From: Armatimonadota bacterium
Lineage (GTDB): Bacteria > Armatimonadota > SYMT01
Direction of reading: 5' to 3'
DNA: 64,000 nucleotides
NCBI GenBank assembly: GCA_046292385.1
Contig: JBKBRF010000005.1
Location: 149,340 to 213,339 of the forward strand
This document shows positions 38,057-47,634 of this stretch, piece after piece. Both the position numbers and the translations under genes were made by a program. How positions within the stretch are numbered: the first letter of the stretch is position 1; each line of letters starts with the position of its first letter. Below the pieces are notes generated by a model. The model saw only the letters and a program-made list of their open reading frames with translations, was not told the DNA's origin and did not search any database.

Positions 38057-38356
38057 TCAGGCCTTGTCCGTCTCGACCTGCAGATTGATCTGGCGGAGCA
38101 CGCCGGCGACGCGCTCGCATTCGTCCAGGGTGCCGCTAAAGGCGACGGCGCGGCCGGTAGTATGCGCCTCGTGGGTGATCCAGACCGCCTTCTCCAGCGT
38201 GCAGCCGGTCGCCTTCTGCACCTGGAAGACCACCTGGTCATACGGATGGTAGTCGTCGTTATACAGGATCACCACCCAGGGGCTGTCGACCCGCTCTTCG
38301 AGCTGCTCCAGGATCCCCGGCGAGATCTGAATAATCGGTTCGGTCTCTACAGGCAT
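38057..38356 (-). CDS. clpS: ATP-dependent Clp protease adaptor ClpS
   Basis: VILYNDDYH, EAHTTGRAV. Confidence 0.88.
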   Translation of the reverse strand: MPVETEPIIQISPGILEQLEERVDSPWVVILYNDDYHPYDQVVFQVQKATGCTLEKAVWITHEAHTTGRAVAFSGTLDECERVAGVLRQINLQVETDKA

Positions 38357-38460
38357 CGCGACTCAACCTCTTCCGCGGCGTTGACTGCCGGACCCGACCG
38401 GCGCACCACGGGGATTGTACTCCAAGCGCGCGCGGACCTCCAGAGGGGGAGCGCATCCCG

Positions 38461-40032
38461 TCAGCGTTCCACACGCAGCTCCACCAGAGCGAGCGTCTCG
38501 CGCTCGACCGCCCGGCGCACGGCGGCGGGAAGGTCGTCCACGCTCTCGACACACTCGGACGGCACCCCGTATGCCGCCGCCAGCGCGGTGAAGTCCGGGT
38601 TGCGCAGCTCGACTTCGCAGCGCCGCCCTTCGAAGTCGCGGTCCTGCACCCGGCGGATCAGCGTGAGCCCGGCGTCGTTCACCACCACGATCACCAGCGG
38701 CACCCGGTGCTGCGCGGCGGTGGCCAGCTCCGCCATCGTCATCTGGAAGCCGCCGTCGCCCGCCACCACGCAGACGGGCCGGTCCGGCCGCGCGAGCCGG
38801 GCGCCAATTCCGGCCGGCAGCCCGAAGCCCATGCCGACGTAAACCCCCGGGTAGAAGTAGCTGTGCGGCTCCCGGCAGACCCAGTCCATCCGGCTCCGGA
38901 ATCCCGGCACGCAGACGTCCCACGCGGTCAGCGTCTCCGGCGGCAGCGCCTCCTGCAGCGCGGCGACGATTGGGTCCCGCGGGTGGGCGGACTGCCGCTC
39001 CCGCAGCTCCGGCAGGAGCGGGTCCCAGCCGGTACGGTCGCCGGGGTCGGCCTGGAGCGCCTCCCGCAGCGCTTCCAGCGCCAGCTTCGGGTCTGCGAAG
39101 AGACCGACCTCCGGCCGGAATTCACGCCCGACCTCCCGCGCGTCGGCGTCGACTTGCACCAGGCGGCGCGGCGGGAAGAACCAGGGCCAGCGGGTGTCGA
39201 CCTGCGTGAACCGCTCTCCCACCGCCAGGAGCAGGTCGTGCTCCCCGTAGGCCGCGGAGCCAGCGCCGGCGTTGCTGTCCCCGAGAGCCCATTCATGGTG
39301 CTCCGGCAGCGCGCCCTTCCCACCCACCGAAGTCACGACGGGCGCCCGCAGCAGCGCCGCGAGCGCGCCGAGCGCGCCGGAGGCATCGGCGTGGAGCACT
39401 CCATCTCCCGCGAAGATCAGCGGACGCCGTGCCGAGCGGAGCGCGGTCGCGGCGCGCTGCACGCCAGCCGGATCCGCCGCGGCCGGCGCCACCCCGATCG
39501 TGCCCGGCAGCTCCGGATCTCCGCAGTCGGCGCCCAGGACGTCCGCCGGGATCTCCACGTGGACCGGCCCGGGGCGCCCGCGCCGCAGGTGCCGGAACGC
39601 CTCGGTGAGCAGCTCCAGCACCTGATCCGGACGGTGCGCCGCGCCGCTCCACCTGGTGATCGGCGCGAACAGCCGCTGCTGGTCCAGGCCGTGGAACAGG
39701 TCCCGGCGCAGCTCGCCTCGAAGGCGGCGCTCCGACTGCGAGGAGAGCAGCAGCAGGCGGGAGCAGTCGGTGTAGGCGCCCGCCACCGCGCTCGCCGCGT
39801 GGGTAGCGCCGGGGCCGGGCACGGTGAACGCCACGCCGACCTCGTTCCGCGCCCGCGCGTAACCGTCCGCCATCCAGCCGCCGCCCAGCTCGTGGCGCAC
39901 CAGGACGTGCCGGAGCTCCGGGACGAGGCGCAGCGCGTCGTACAGGTGCGCGTTCAGCGCGCCCGGAATGCCGAACGCCACCTCGACCCCCTGCGAAGCG
40001 AGAAACCGAAGCACGAGCTCGCCACCTGTCAT
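38461..40032 (-). CDS. TPP-binding enzyme (acetolactate synthase-like)
   Basis: FGIPG, VRHELGGGWMADGYAR, GRPGPVHVEIP, GDGGFQM...VVND TPP motif. Confidence 0.9.
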   Translation of the reverse strand: MTGGELVLRFLASQGVEVAFGIPGALNAHLYDALRLVPELRHVLVRHELGGGWMADGYARARNEVGVAFTVPGPGATHAASAVAGAYTDCSRLLLLSSQSERRLRGELRRDLFHGLDQQRLFAPITRWSGAAHRPDQVLELLTEAFRHLRRGRPGPVHVEIPADVLGADCGDPELPGTIGVAPAAADPAGVQRAATALRSARRPLIFAGDGVLHADASGALGALAALLRAPVVTSVGGKGALPEHHEWALGDSNAGAGSAAYGEHDLLLAVGERFTQVDTRWPWFFPPRRLVQVDADAREVGREFRPEVGLFADPKLALEALREALQADPGDRTGWDPLLPELRERQSAHPRDPIVAALQEALPPETLTAWDVCVPGFRSRMDWVCREPHSYFYPGVYVGMGFGLPAGIGARLARPDRPVCVVAGDGGFQMTMAELATAAQHRVPLVIVVVNDAGLTLIRRVQDRDFEGRRCEVELRNPDFTALAAAYGVPSECVESVDDLPAAVRRAVERETLALVELRVER

Positions 40033-40080
40033 CGGCTACCTCCTCCGGCAAGCTGAACGAACGTGAAGCCGAATCCGAAC

Positions 40081-40233
40081 GAACGCGAAGGCACGAAGCT
40101 CACGCGAAGGACGCGAAGGGAACCTGGAGGGGACAGGCCGCGCTGGAGTGAACTCCGCGCTACATCAGGCGAAGCCTGCCTGCGCAGGCTCACCGAACCG
40201 CGCGGGCGCGCGGGTCTCCGGCTCCCTTCGCGT
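40081..40233. repeat. intergenic repeat cluster: ACGCGAAGG 9-mers, a GTAG-type REP and a companion hairpin
   Basis: ACGCGAAGG units with an inverted CCCTTCGCGT. 40141-40163 reads GTAGCGCGGAG-TTCA-CTCCAGCG on the minus strand. GCGAAGCCTGCCTGCGCAGGCT at 40169-40190. Confidence 0.6.
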
Positions 40234-40267
40234 TGCTTCGTCTGGAATTGCGTCCGTTCAGGTCTCC

Positions 40268-41575
40268 CTACTCCAGCTCCAGCGTCGTGAAGCATTCACC
40301 TCCGAAGAGGTCGAAACCCTTCACCGCGATCGTGCGTCCGCTTGTGGGGCGCGCGGGGGATTGGCGGCACAGGCCGCGGCCGCGGGCGTCTCGGAGGGAG
40401 TGCCACTGGTGATGGAACGCGCCGACCGCCCGCCCACCGCCGCTCCAGTCGACCGCCCAGTAGTCGAGGAGGTCCAGGCCGTCTCCCGCGGCTCCGCCGC
40501 CGGCCGGCTCGAACCGCTCGACGTACACGGAGACGTGGCCGTCCGCGGTCCGCACTGCTCGAGCGGAAAGCACGCCAGCGGCCGAGACCGGGCCGATCCC
40601 TTCGCACCTGAACGGCGTTCCCGGCTCCTCGCCGTCGCCGGCCCACCGCTTGCGGGTCACGTGGACCGCCAGAGTGCTGGAATCGACCAGCAGCGACCGT
40701 CTTCCCAGGCGCGCCGCCACGGCCCCGGTGGTGCCGGAGCCGCAGAAGAAGTCGGCGACGAGGTCGCCAGGTTGGCTGTGGCCGAGGAGGATCCGCTCCA
40801 ACAGCGATTCCGGCTTCTGCGTGGGGTACTTCCGGTTCTCGCGAGCGGTTGGAGACAGGATTTTCTGGACCTCTGGCCCGGTCCACCAGGTCTCCAGGGT
40901 GGCCCCCTCGTCGCGCAGCGAGTAGCGGGGGCCCTTCACCGCCGTGAGGCCGCGCTCCCGGGTGCCGGCGCTGTACGGGCGGTACTGCGGGTTGAAGGTC
41001 CAGCGCCGGCCCCGCGTGTACCAGAAGAGGTTGTCGTGCTTGCGGCGGTAGGTGGTCGCCGCGGCTCCCCCGCCGCCGTAGCCCCAGACGATTTCATTTC
41101 GGAACCCCGGCCGGCCCGCTCCGGCCCGCTCGCCGGGCCCGAACAGCTCGTCCAGGATCACCTGCGCCAGGTGCCCCACGCGCCAGTTCACGTGGACCAC
41201 CAGGCTGCCGGTCTCGGAGAGCAGCTCCCGGACCAGGGCGAGGCGGTCGTAGAGCATCTGGAGATAATCGGACGGCTCCCAGGTGTCGTCGTAGGCGATC
41301 ACCTGACGAGAGCCGTTCCCCTCCCCCAGCGGCACCGTCATGGTGAACGGGTGGCCGGCGGCGAACGGCGGGTCGAGGTAGACGAGGTCGATCTTCCCCG
41401 CCAGCTCCGGTAGCAGCGCCTCCATCACCGCGAGGTTGTCCCCAAGGATGAGGCGATGGTCGGAACCGGGGCTCTCCCCGTGCAGGTCCCGGAGCTCCAG
41501 CGTCGGCGGTGACCCGACGCGGCGCGGCGCACGCTTGTGGGTCCAGGTGAGGTCGTAAGGCAGGCGGTCCGGCAT
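40268..41575 (-). CDS. N6-adenine/N4-cytosine DNA methyltransferase (beta class, Mod-like)
   Basis: LILGDNL, LVYLDPPF, YPTQKPE.LLERI, DFFCGSGTT. Confidence 0.88.
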   Translation of the reverse strand: MPDRLPYDLTWTHKRAPRRVGSPPTLELRDLHGESPGSDHRLILGDNLAVMEALLPELAGKIDLVYLDPPFAAGHPFTMTVPLGEGNGSRQVIAYDDTWEPSDYLQMLYDRLALVRELLSETGSLVVHVNWRVGHLAQVILDELFGPGERAGAGRPGFRNEIVWGYGGGGAAATTYRRKHDNLFWYTRGRRWTFNPQYRPYSAGTRERGLTAVKGPRYSLRDEGATLETWWTGPEVQKILSPTARENRKYPTQKPESLLERILLGHSQPGDLVADFFCGSGTTGAVAARLGRRSLLVDSSTLAVHVTRKRWAGDGEEPGTPFRCEGIGPVSAAGVLSARAVRTADGHVSVYVERFEPAGGGAAGDGLDLLDYWAVDWSGGGRAVGAFHHQWHSLRDARGRGLCRQSPARPTSGRTIAVKGFDLFGGECFTTLELE

Positions 41576-41631
41576 GGTGGTCCGGTCGCCGTTCGCCCAA
41601 ACGAGCCGCCGCTCCTCTGCGAAGCCTCGGA

Positions 41632-42417
41632 TCAGGCTGCCCGACGCTCCTCGCCTTCTGCCGTCTCGCCTCCGTGGGTGATCACGACCACTGGCGCGAC
41701 CGGAGTCTTGCGTGTCTCGCGCGAGATCGGCTGCTCGGGCGTTGCAGGCCGGGCGAGCCGTGCTACTTCGGGCGCCGCCGCGATTCCCAGACTGACCCCG
41801 GCAGCGATGGAGAGGGTGCCTACCAGGCCCGCGAAGAGCGTCCCCACGATCCAGCCCGGCACTCCGAGCACTGACAACGCGATCAGCAGTCCGAGGTAGA
41901 GCGCCACTCCGAACGCCGCCGCGCCGAGCGCCTCCGCATACGGACGCTCCACCCAGCGGGTCCGGATCAGATCTCGCCCCGTCCGCCCGAGCAGATAGCT
42001 CCCGGCCAGTGCCAGCAGCGCCAGCCCCAATGCCTGAAGCTGAAGAGCGAGCAATTGACGCCCCACTCCGGCTGGAGTGAGCCAGAACGCCAGGAAGATG
42101 CCTGCGTATACCAGCGCGGCGAATGCGGCGAAGAGCAGCAGGCGCCGCGATTCGGGGGCGGCGAGTCCGCCGCGCAGGTCGGGCATGGCGCCACCCCGCC
42201 AGGACCGCAGGCTCCAGCCTCGCTCGCGGAAATGCCGCCGCACGCGAGTGCCGCCCTGCCAGAGCGCCACCGCCGCGAAACCCACGATCAGAAGGCCGAC
42301 CAAGATCAGCAGCAGCGACGGGACGATCACCAGGGCCGCGGTCATCACTGCCGCGAGGCCCGCCATGGAGACCGCCTCCCATGGTGTCAAGAATCGACCG
42401 CCGCCGTCGCCCCGCAT
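41632..42417 (-). CDS. hypothetical membrane protein
   Basis: About 6 hydrophobic segments, in line with flanking minus-strand genes. Confidence 0.6.
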   Translation of the reverse strand: MRGDGGGRFLTPWEAVSMAGLAAVMTAALVIVPSLLLILVGLLIVGFAAVALWQGGTRVRRHFRERGWSLRSWRGGAMPDLRGGLAAPESRRLLLFAAFAALVYAGIFLAFWLTPAGVGRQLLALQLQALGLALLALAGSYLLGRTGRDLIRTRWVERPYAEALGAAAFGVALYLGLLIALSVLGVPGWIVGTLFAGLVGTLSIAAGVSLGIAAAPEVARLARPATPEQPISRETRKTPVAPVVVITHGGETAEGEERRAA

Positions 42418-42510
42418 CGCTCATCCTCCCGGCGCCCCTCCTGCCCCGCTGCGACGTACCCGCTGGCCCGGCTAGCTGAAACCCCGGCGACAGGCCGGCG
42501 GGTCGCTCCC

Positions 42511-43455
42511 CTACTGTTGGGCGCGTGGATGGGCGGCGTCGTAGACCTTGCTGATCTGCTCCCGGGTGAGATGGGTGTAGACCTGGGTGGTGGAGAGGCT
42601 GGCGTGCCCGAGCAGCTCCTGCACGGAGCGGAGGTCGGCGCCGTTCTCCAGCAGGTGTGTCGCAAAGCTGTGGCGCAGCGAGTGTGGGGTGACCTTCTGG
42701 GAGAGGGCGGCGGCGCGCACGCACCGCTCCAGGAGCGAGCGGACGCTGCGGTCGCTGAGCGCGGTCCCGTTCTTGTTCAGGAAAACCGCCGTCGGCGGCG
42801 CCTCGCCGGGCGCCAGCGGCTTTCGGCGCGCCCGCAGCAGGGCGGACCGGCCGCGCGCCAGGTAGTCGCCCAGCGCCTCCAGCGCGGCCCGGCCCAGGAA
42901 GACGGTGCGCTCCTTCCGCCCTTTTCCGATCACGCGCAGCGGGCCCCGGCACTGGAGCACGTCGGCGACCTCCAGCGCCACCAGCTCGCTCACGCGCATC
43001 CCGGTGCTGTAGAGCGTCTCCAGCAGCGCGGCGTCTCGCAGGCCGGCAGCGGTCTCCCGGTCCGGGATCGCGAGCAGCGCCTCGATCTCCGGCGGTCGCA
43101 GCGCGTGAGGGAGTGGACGGTCGAGCTTGGGCGAGAAGACGCCGACGGTCGGGTTCCGCTCCAGGCGCCCCGTCTTGCTCAGGAACCGGAAGAAGGAGCG
43201 GATGGCGGCGAGCTTGCGGGCGGAGCTGCGCCGGGCGTAGCCGTGCTCGCTCAGGTGGAGTAAGAAGCGGCGAAGGTGGCGGTGGTCGACCCCCTCCCAG
43301 CCCTCCGGCGCCGGCTCCTGGGCTTCCAGGAAATCGACGAGCTGCAGCAGGTCTTCGGAGTAGCCCTTCAGCGTGTGCTCGGAGCAGCGCCGCGTCACCT
43401 GCAGGTAGTGGCGGAAGTCGTCCAGCGGCGCGAGCATCGGGTCGAGAGCGGGCAC
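42511..43455 (-). CDS. xerC: tyrosine recombinase XerC/XerD
   Basis: S.HT..GY..DL, LYSTGMRVSEL, GKGRKER, TPHSLRHSFATHLL..GADLR.VQELLGH.SL.TTQ.YTH. Confidence 0.88.
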   Translation of the reverse strand: MPALDPMLAPLDDFRHYLQVTRRCSEHTLKGYSEDLLQLVDFLEAQEPAPEGWEGVDHRHLRRFLLHLSEHGYARRSSARKLAAIRSFFRFLSKTGRLERNPTVGVFSPKLDRPLPHALRPPEIEALLAIPDRETAAGLRDAALLETLYSTGMRVSELVALEVADVLQCRGPLRVIGKGRKERTVFLGRAALEALGDYLARGRSALLRARRKPLAPGEAPPTAVFLNKNGTALSDRSVRSLLERCVRAAALSQKVTPHSLRHSFATHLLENGADLRSVQELLGHASLSTTQVYTHLTREQISKVYDAAHPRAQQ

Positions 43456-43476
43456 CTGGGTCTCCGGTTCGGCGGC

Positions 43477-43785
43477 CTACCCGCGAGGGGGCGCAACGTC
43501 GAGATCTTCAACCACATAGTCGTCGATCCGCAGCCGCATTCCCAGGCGGGCCGCCGTCTCCAGCAGCGAGAGGAACGGGCGCTGCTCCGGCGCGTGGTTC
43601 TCGAACAGCCGCGGCGCGCGTCCGAAGAGCGCCTCGATCCCGGCCTCCAGCTCATCCCGCGTGGTCCAGGAAAGCAGCACCAGGCCCGCGGTCGCGTGCC
43701 GGGCCGCCAGCAGCGTGCCGTCCGGCCCGACCAGCACCCAGAGCGGCTGGCGCTCCTCGAACCGTGTGTAGACCTGTTCCGGCAT
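43477..43785 (-). CDS. small hypothetical protein
   Basis: 102-aa ORF with GGAG upstream, co-oriented with xerC. Confidence 0.55.
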   Translation of the reverse strand: MPEQVYTRFEERQPLWVLVGPDGTLLAARHATAGLVLLSWTTRDELEAGIEALFGRAPRLFENHAPEQRPFLSLLETAARLGMRLRIDDYVVEDLDVAPPRG

Positions 43786-43900
43786 CCCACTCCATCCTGC
43801 GCTGCCGAGCGTCGCTCCCGACCCACTCTACCCGCAACTGGAACCGGCAGACGCCTCCCGGCCGTAGACTCCTGGCGCGGCAAGAATAGCAAACATATAT

Positions 43901-43930
43901 TTGCTTCCGGCTGCCCCGGCGTGGTAGAAT
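43901..43930 (+). promoter_or_regulatory. putative sigma-70 promoter
   Basis: TTGCTT-18 nt-TAGAAT with an extended -10 TG, about 45 nt upstream of ORF 43974. Confidence 0.45.
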
Positions 43931-43973
43931 TGCGCGCTAACCGACTCCCTGAACTGGATGAGAGGCACGCTGA

Positions 43974-44177
43974 ATGGGACCGAACGAGAACCGTAAGATT
44001 CGCACCGAAGAGCAGCCGCGGCCGGAACCGGAATGGGTCCGCGGCACCTGCCCCCGCTGCGGCGAAGAGCTCGTCTCCAACGCCTACTACGTCAGCGGCA
44101 ACGGCTACCTGGTGCTCTGGGAGTGCTGGGGCTCCCTAGGAGCCGAGCCGACCTGCGACTACCGCCACGTGCTGTGA
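43974..44177 (+). CDS. small zinc-ribbon protein
   Basis: CPRCG...WECW...CDY, GAGG RBS, upstream promoter. Confidence 0.7.
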   Translation: MGPNENRKIRTEEQPRPEPEWVRGTCPRCGEELVSNAYYVSGNGYLVLWECWGSLGAEPTCDYRHVL

Positions 44178-44186
44178 GGGTGGGGG

Positions 44187-44367
44187 CGTGTAAGAAAAGG
44201 AGATGAGGGGATTTCAGGGGAGATGGGGGGATTGGAACCAGATTCTCCCGTCAGCGCGACCGTTGACCACGCCAGCCGCAGCTTCGGAGTTCCGGGCGCG
44301 ATGCCGGAGAAGCGCGATGTCGGGGATCCCCCTATCCCCCACATCCCCCTATCTCCCTTCTTACACG
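44187..44367. repeat. inverted-repeat element between convergent genes
   Basis: CGTGTAAGAA...TTCTTACACG ends, with complementary purine-rich and pyrimidine-rich (GGGGAT/ATCCCC) arms. Confidence 0.6.
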
Positions 44368-44400
44368 GTCCGGTCTAACGGTTGCGTTCTCGCTGGCCGG

Positions 44401-44991
44401 CTACGCGTCACTCCAGTTGGGGCGGGGGCCGCCGTAGCCCTGGCTGTCGATGCCGAACGCGTCCGCCACGCGGTTGAAGAAGGCGAACAGGGCGGTGACG
44501 TAGACCGCCTCGGCGATCTGGGGGTCGGTCCAACCGTGCTCGCGGAGCGCCTGCACCTCCTCGTCGGTGGTGCGGTAGGCGTGGCGGGTCACCGTCTCCA
44601 CCAGCCGGAGCAGCGCACGCTCGGCGTCGGTCACCGGTGCCGCGGCCAGGTCGGCGCGGGCCAGCGCGTCTACCACCTCGTCACTCGATCCCTGCGACCG
44701 CAGGAACGCTCCGTGCGAGTCCGTTCAGTAGGGGCAGCGGTTCAGGCCGGAGACGAAGGTGGCGATCATCTCCTTGGTGCGCCGGTCCAGGTGGCCGTCG
44801 GAAAACTGCACCGTGTTGGAGAACGCCATCACCTGGCGCAGAAAGTCCGGCCGCTGCGAGAAGCACTTCAGGATGTGCGGCACGAAGTCGCGGCCCGTCG
44901 CCGTCCGGTACTCCCGGTAGACCTCCGCCGCCTCTCCCTGCGCGTCGGCCTCCTCCACCCACTCGATCCGCGGCTTTCCCGGTTCCGGCAT
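44401..44991 (-). CDS. AhpD/CMD-like peroxidase-related protein, probable selenoprotein (CPYU, UGA at 44725-44727)
   Basis: ORFs 44725-45012 and 44401-44676 are in one frame: KEMIATFVSGLNRCPY-U-TDSHGAFLRSQGSSDEVVDAL...FAFFNRVADAFG. The AhpD-like C-x-Y-C-x-x-x-H motif has U as its second Cys. GGAGGA RBS at ATG 44991. Confidence 0.85.
44683..44720 (-). promoter_or_regulatory. SECIS-like hairpin after the in-frame UGA of the AhpD-like gene
   Basis: Minus strand ACTCG-cacggagc-GTTCCTGC-GGTC-GCAGGGAT-CGAGT, with apical GGUC loop 26 nt after the UGA. Confidence 0.65.
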
Positions 44992-45184
44992 TACAGTCCT
45001 CCGACGTTCCATTCACCCAACGAGCCGCAGCCTGGCCCCTGCGGAGGGGCAGGTAGCGGTTTCGAGTAGGAGAAGGAGAAAGAGAATGAGTAGGAGTGGC
45101 CGTGTGCGGAGGGCGCACCCCCACCGCCAGCCCTAAACCCTACCCTCTATACCCTACACGCTGCGCGAAGCGAAGCGCGAAGCG

Positions 45185-46201
45185 CTACCCCCGGCCGCAC
45201 CGCAGGCCCATCTTGGCGCGGACCTCTTCCATCGTCGCGCGGGCTACGGCTCGCGCGCGCTCCGCGCCCGACTCGATCGCCTCCCAGACCCGTTCGGGAT
45301 GGGCGATCAGCTCTTCGCGCCGCTCCCGCACCGGGTTCAGCTCCGCCACCACCGCATCGGCCACCGCCGGCTTCAGCTCGCTGTAGCGCAGCTCTCCCGC
45401 CTCGTACTGCTCCTGGAAGTAGCGGACCTGCTCCGGGGTGCCGAAGCACTCCAGGAGCGTGAAGAGGTTCTTGACCCCCGGACTCATCTCGCCGTTCTCC
45501 GACGGGCCGGTATCCGTGACGGCGCGGCCGATCTTCTTCCGCATCTCCTTCTCCGTCTCGGAGAGGCTGATGAAGCTGCCCGGCAGGCTCTTGCTCATCT
45601 TGCGGGTGGGGTCGTTCAACGCCATGATCCGCTTGGCGGGGGTCAGCTCCGGCTGCGGCTCCGGAAAGGTGCGCCCGAACTGCTTGTTGAAGCGCCGCGC
45701 CACCTCCCGGCTCAGCTCCAGGTGCTGAAGCTGGTCCTCCCCTACCGGCACCAGGCCGGCTTTGTAGAGCAGGATGTCGGCGGTCTGCAGCACCGGGTAG
45801 CCGAAGAGGCCGGCGTTGATGTGCTCCCGGAACTGCTCGCTCTTCTCTTTGAACTGGGTCATCCGCTCCAGCGCGCCCATGGAGGTGAGCGAGTTGAGGA
45901 TCCAGCAGAGCTCCGTGTGCTCCGGCACGTACGACTGCACGAAGAAGACGCACTTTTCCGGGTCGAGGCCGGAGGCGAGCAGGTCGACCGCCGCCTCGAA
46001 CACCCGCTGCGGCATCTCCTTCGGGTTGTACGGGATCGTGATGGCGTGGAAGTCGACGATGCAGAAGTAGCTCTCGTACTGCTCCTGCAGCCGGACCCAG
46101 TTCCGCACCGCGCCCAGGTAGTTGCCGATGTGAATGGCGCCGGTCGGCTGGATGCCGCTGAAAACCCGGGCCTTGGGACTACTCTTCTCGCTCACCGTCA
46201 C
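45185..46201 (-). CDS. trpS: tryptophanyl-tRNA synthetase
   Basis: FSGIQPTGAIHIGNY, YPVLQTADIL, VPVGEDQLQH, KMSKS. GTG start at 46201 or 46195. Confidence 0.96.
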   Translation of the reverse strand: MTVSEKSSPKARVFSGIQPTGAIHIGNYLGAVRNWVRLQEQYESYFCIVDFHAITIPYNPKEMPQRVFEAAVDLLASGLDPEKCVFFVQSYVPEHTELCWILNSLTSMGALERMTQFKEKSEQFREHINAGLFGYPVLQTADILLYKAGLVPVGEDQLQHLELSREVARRFNKQFGRTFPEPQPELTPAKRIMALNDPTRKMSKSLPGSFISLSETEKEMRKKIGRAVTDTGPSENGEMSPGVKNLFTLLECFGTPEQVRYFQEQYEAGELRYSELKPAVADAVVAELNPVRERREELIAHPERVWEAIESGAERARAVARATMEEVRAKMGLRCGRG

Positions 46202-47223
46202 TCCCTCACCAGTTCCAGCTTCAGGTCGGTCTCCCACGGGATCTGGACCGCCTCGTCGCGCGGCAGCTCCCCGTTCCAGCCGGGGGACATCCCGTAATTG
46301 TCTCGCGTGAGCGGCATCACCGGGAAGAGGACGGAGCGAACTTTCTCGTTCGTGACGATGCGAGACGCCTGCCGCACGCCGACCCGACCGACTCGCTTCG
46401 GCAGGATGCCGAGCACGAGCTGGAGGGGGCTGTCTTCCTTCTGCAGCTCTTCGATCGCGGCGTCCGAGCCGCCGTACGAGATCACGAACGGCTTCTTGCC
46501 GCCGCTGCGGCCCCGGGCCGCCTCGACGGCGCCCAGCGCAACCGCATCGGTGAGACCGAAGATGGCGCCGACGCCCGGATTGGCGCGCAGCAGCGATTCG
46601 GCGGCGGCACGCGGGTCGGTGCCGGCGTCGCCGGAAGGACTCACCACCTTCACGGACGGGAACTTCTCCCGGAGGTAATCCTCGAACGCCTGCCGCCGCT
46701 CCTTTTCTTCCGGTCCGCCCTCGCCCAGGACCGCCACGGTCCCGTTCTCCAGGTGACGGCCGGTGTAATCCGCCGCCAGCTCGCCTGCCGACTTCTGGTT
46801 GAAGCGGATACTGGACGCGACGCCGGCGCCGGGGATCTCCTCTCCCAGGGAGATCACGAAGACGTTCTTGGAGCGCGCCTCGTCGATGGCGCGGTCGAGC
46901 TTCTTCCCGTCGACGGGGCTGACCAGGATCACCCGCACTTCTTCCTGGGAGAGCTGCTCGATCGCGCGGCTCTGCTCGCTGGCGCGCCCTTTCGCGTCCT
47001 CCACCATCAGCTCGATCCCGGAGCGGTCCGCCAGGTTTTCCGCGCCGCTCCGGACCGCCTTCGAATAGTCGCCGGAATCTTCCAGCACCAGTCCGACCCG
47101 CGCGCCGCGGACCGCGGGGTTGGGGCCCTTCTTCGCCTCCTTCTGCTTACAGCCGGAAACCGGCAGCAGGAGCGCGGGCAGGGCCAGCACCGCCAGGGAT
47201 TTGAAGAAGCGCGCGTACGTCAT
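46198..47223 (-). CDS. sugar ABC transporter substrate-binding lipoprotein (RbsB-like)
   Basis: Lipobox VSGC. EQ...IE.L, ILVSPVD, ERRQAF, IFG.TD..ALGA. Confidence 0.82.
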   Translation of the reverse strand: MTYARFFKSLAVLALPALLLPVSGCKQKEAKKGPNPAVRGARVGLVLEDSGDYSKAVRSGAENLADRSGIELMVEDAKGRASEQSRAIEQLSQEEVRVILVSPVDGKKLDRAIDEARSKNVFVISLGEEIPGAGVASSIRFNQKSAGELAADYTGRHLENGTVAVLGEGGPEEKERRQAFEDYLREKFPSVKVVSPSGDAGTDPRAAAESLLRANPGVGAIFGLTDAVALGAVEAARGRSGGKKPFVISYGGSDAAIEELQKEDSPLQLVLGILPKRVGRVGVRQASRIVTNEKVRSVLFPVMPLTRDNYGMSPGWNGELPRDEAVQIPWETDLKLELVRE

Positions 47224-47380
47224 TCGGAATCCTGTCTTTCCACGCGTCGGCGGGAAGAGCCGAGCGAACCACCCCTCTATCATAGAGCAATGAAGGGCGT
47301 GAGGCGAACCAGCCGACCGTCTAACCGCCGCTAAGCGAGCGCCCGGAGCATTGGCGGAGAAAATCGGATTGCTCGTCCGG

Positions 47381-47410
47381 TTGACAGGCTAAAGACCTCC
47401 CCGTTACAAT
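47381..47410 (+). promoter_or_regulatory. strong sigma-70 promoter
   Basis: TTGACA (47381-47386), 18 nt, TACAAT (47405-47410). The predicted start site coincides with the 5' end of the RNA stem at ~47416. Confidence 0.75.
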
Positions 47411-47416
47411 CGCCGT

Positions 47417-47624
47417 GGACGCAATAGGGGATCCTGTACCTCGATGAGACCGGCTCCCGCGCGAGTAGTTTGATCATGAGATCGCTTCGGAACATAGAGA
47501 TCCGGAACACGAGTAAGGGCTGGCACTGCGTGGATACGCGCGGCCGGTTCCTACCCGGCCGTTTCGCGGGCTTACTGCGGCTGTTAGACGACAGCTTCAA
47601 CTTACGCGCGCAAGGAGTGCGTCC
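47417..47624 (+). ncRNA. structured ~208-nt ncRNA, 6S RNA-like
   Basis: Lies between promoter and terminator. Closing stem GGACGCA/TGCGTCC, CGCGCG..AGTTTGA pairing with TCAACTTACGCGCG, a central bubble with 3' hairpin GCTGT/ACAGC, and AGTAAG/CTTACT distal stem. No credible ORF. Confidence 0.55.
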
Positions 47625-47634
47625 GTAGTTTCCG

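Noticed and set aside
42511..43455. Prophage or ICE integrase
   Set aside because: Size and motifs match chromosomal XerC/D, and there are no phage or conjugation genes or att repeats.
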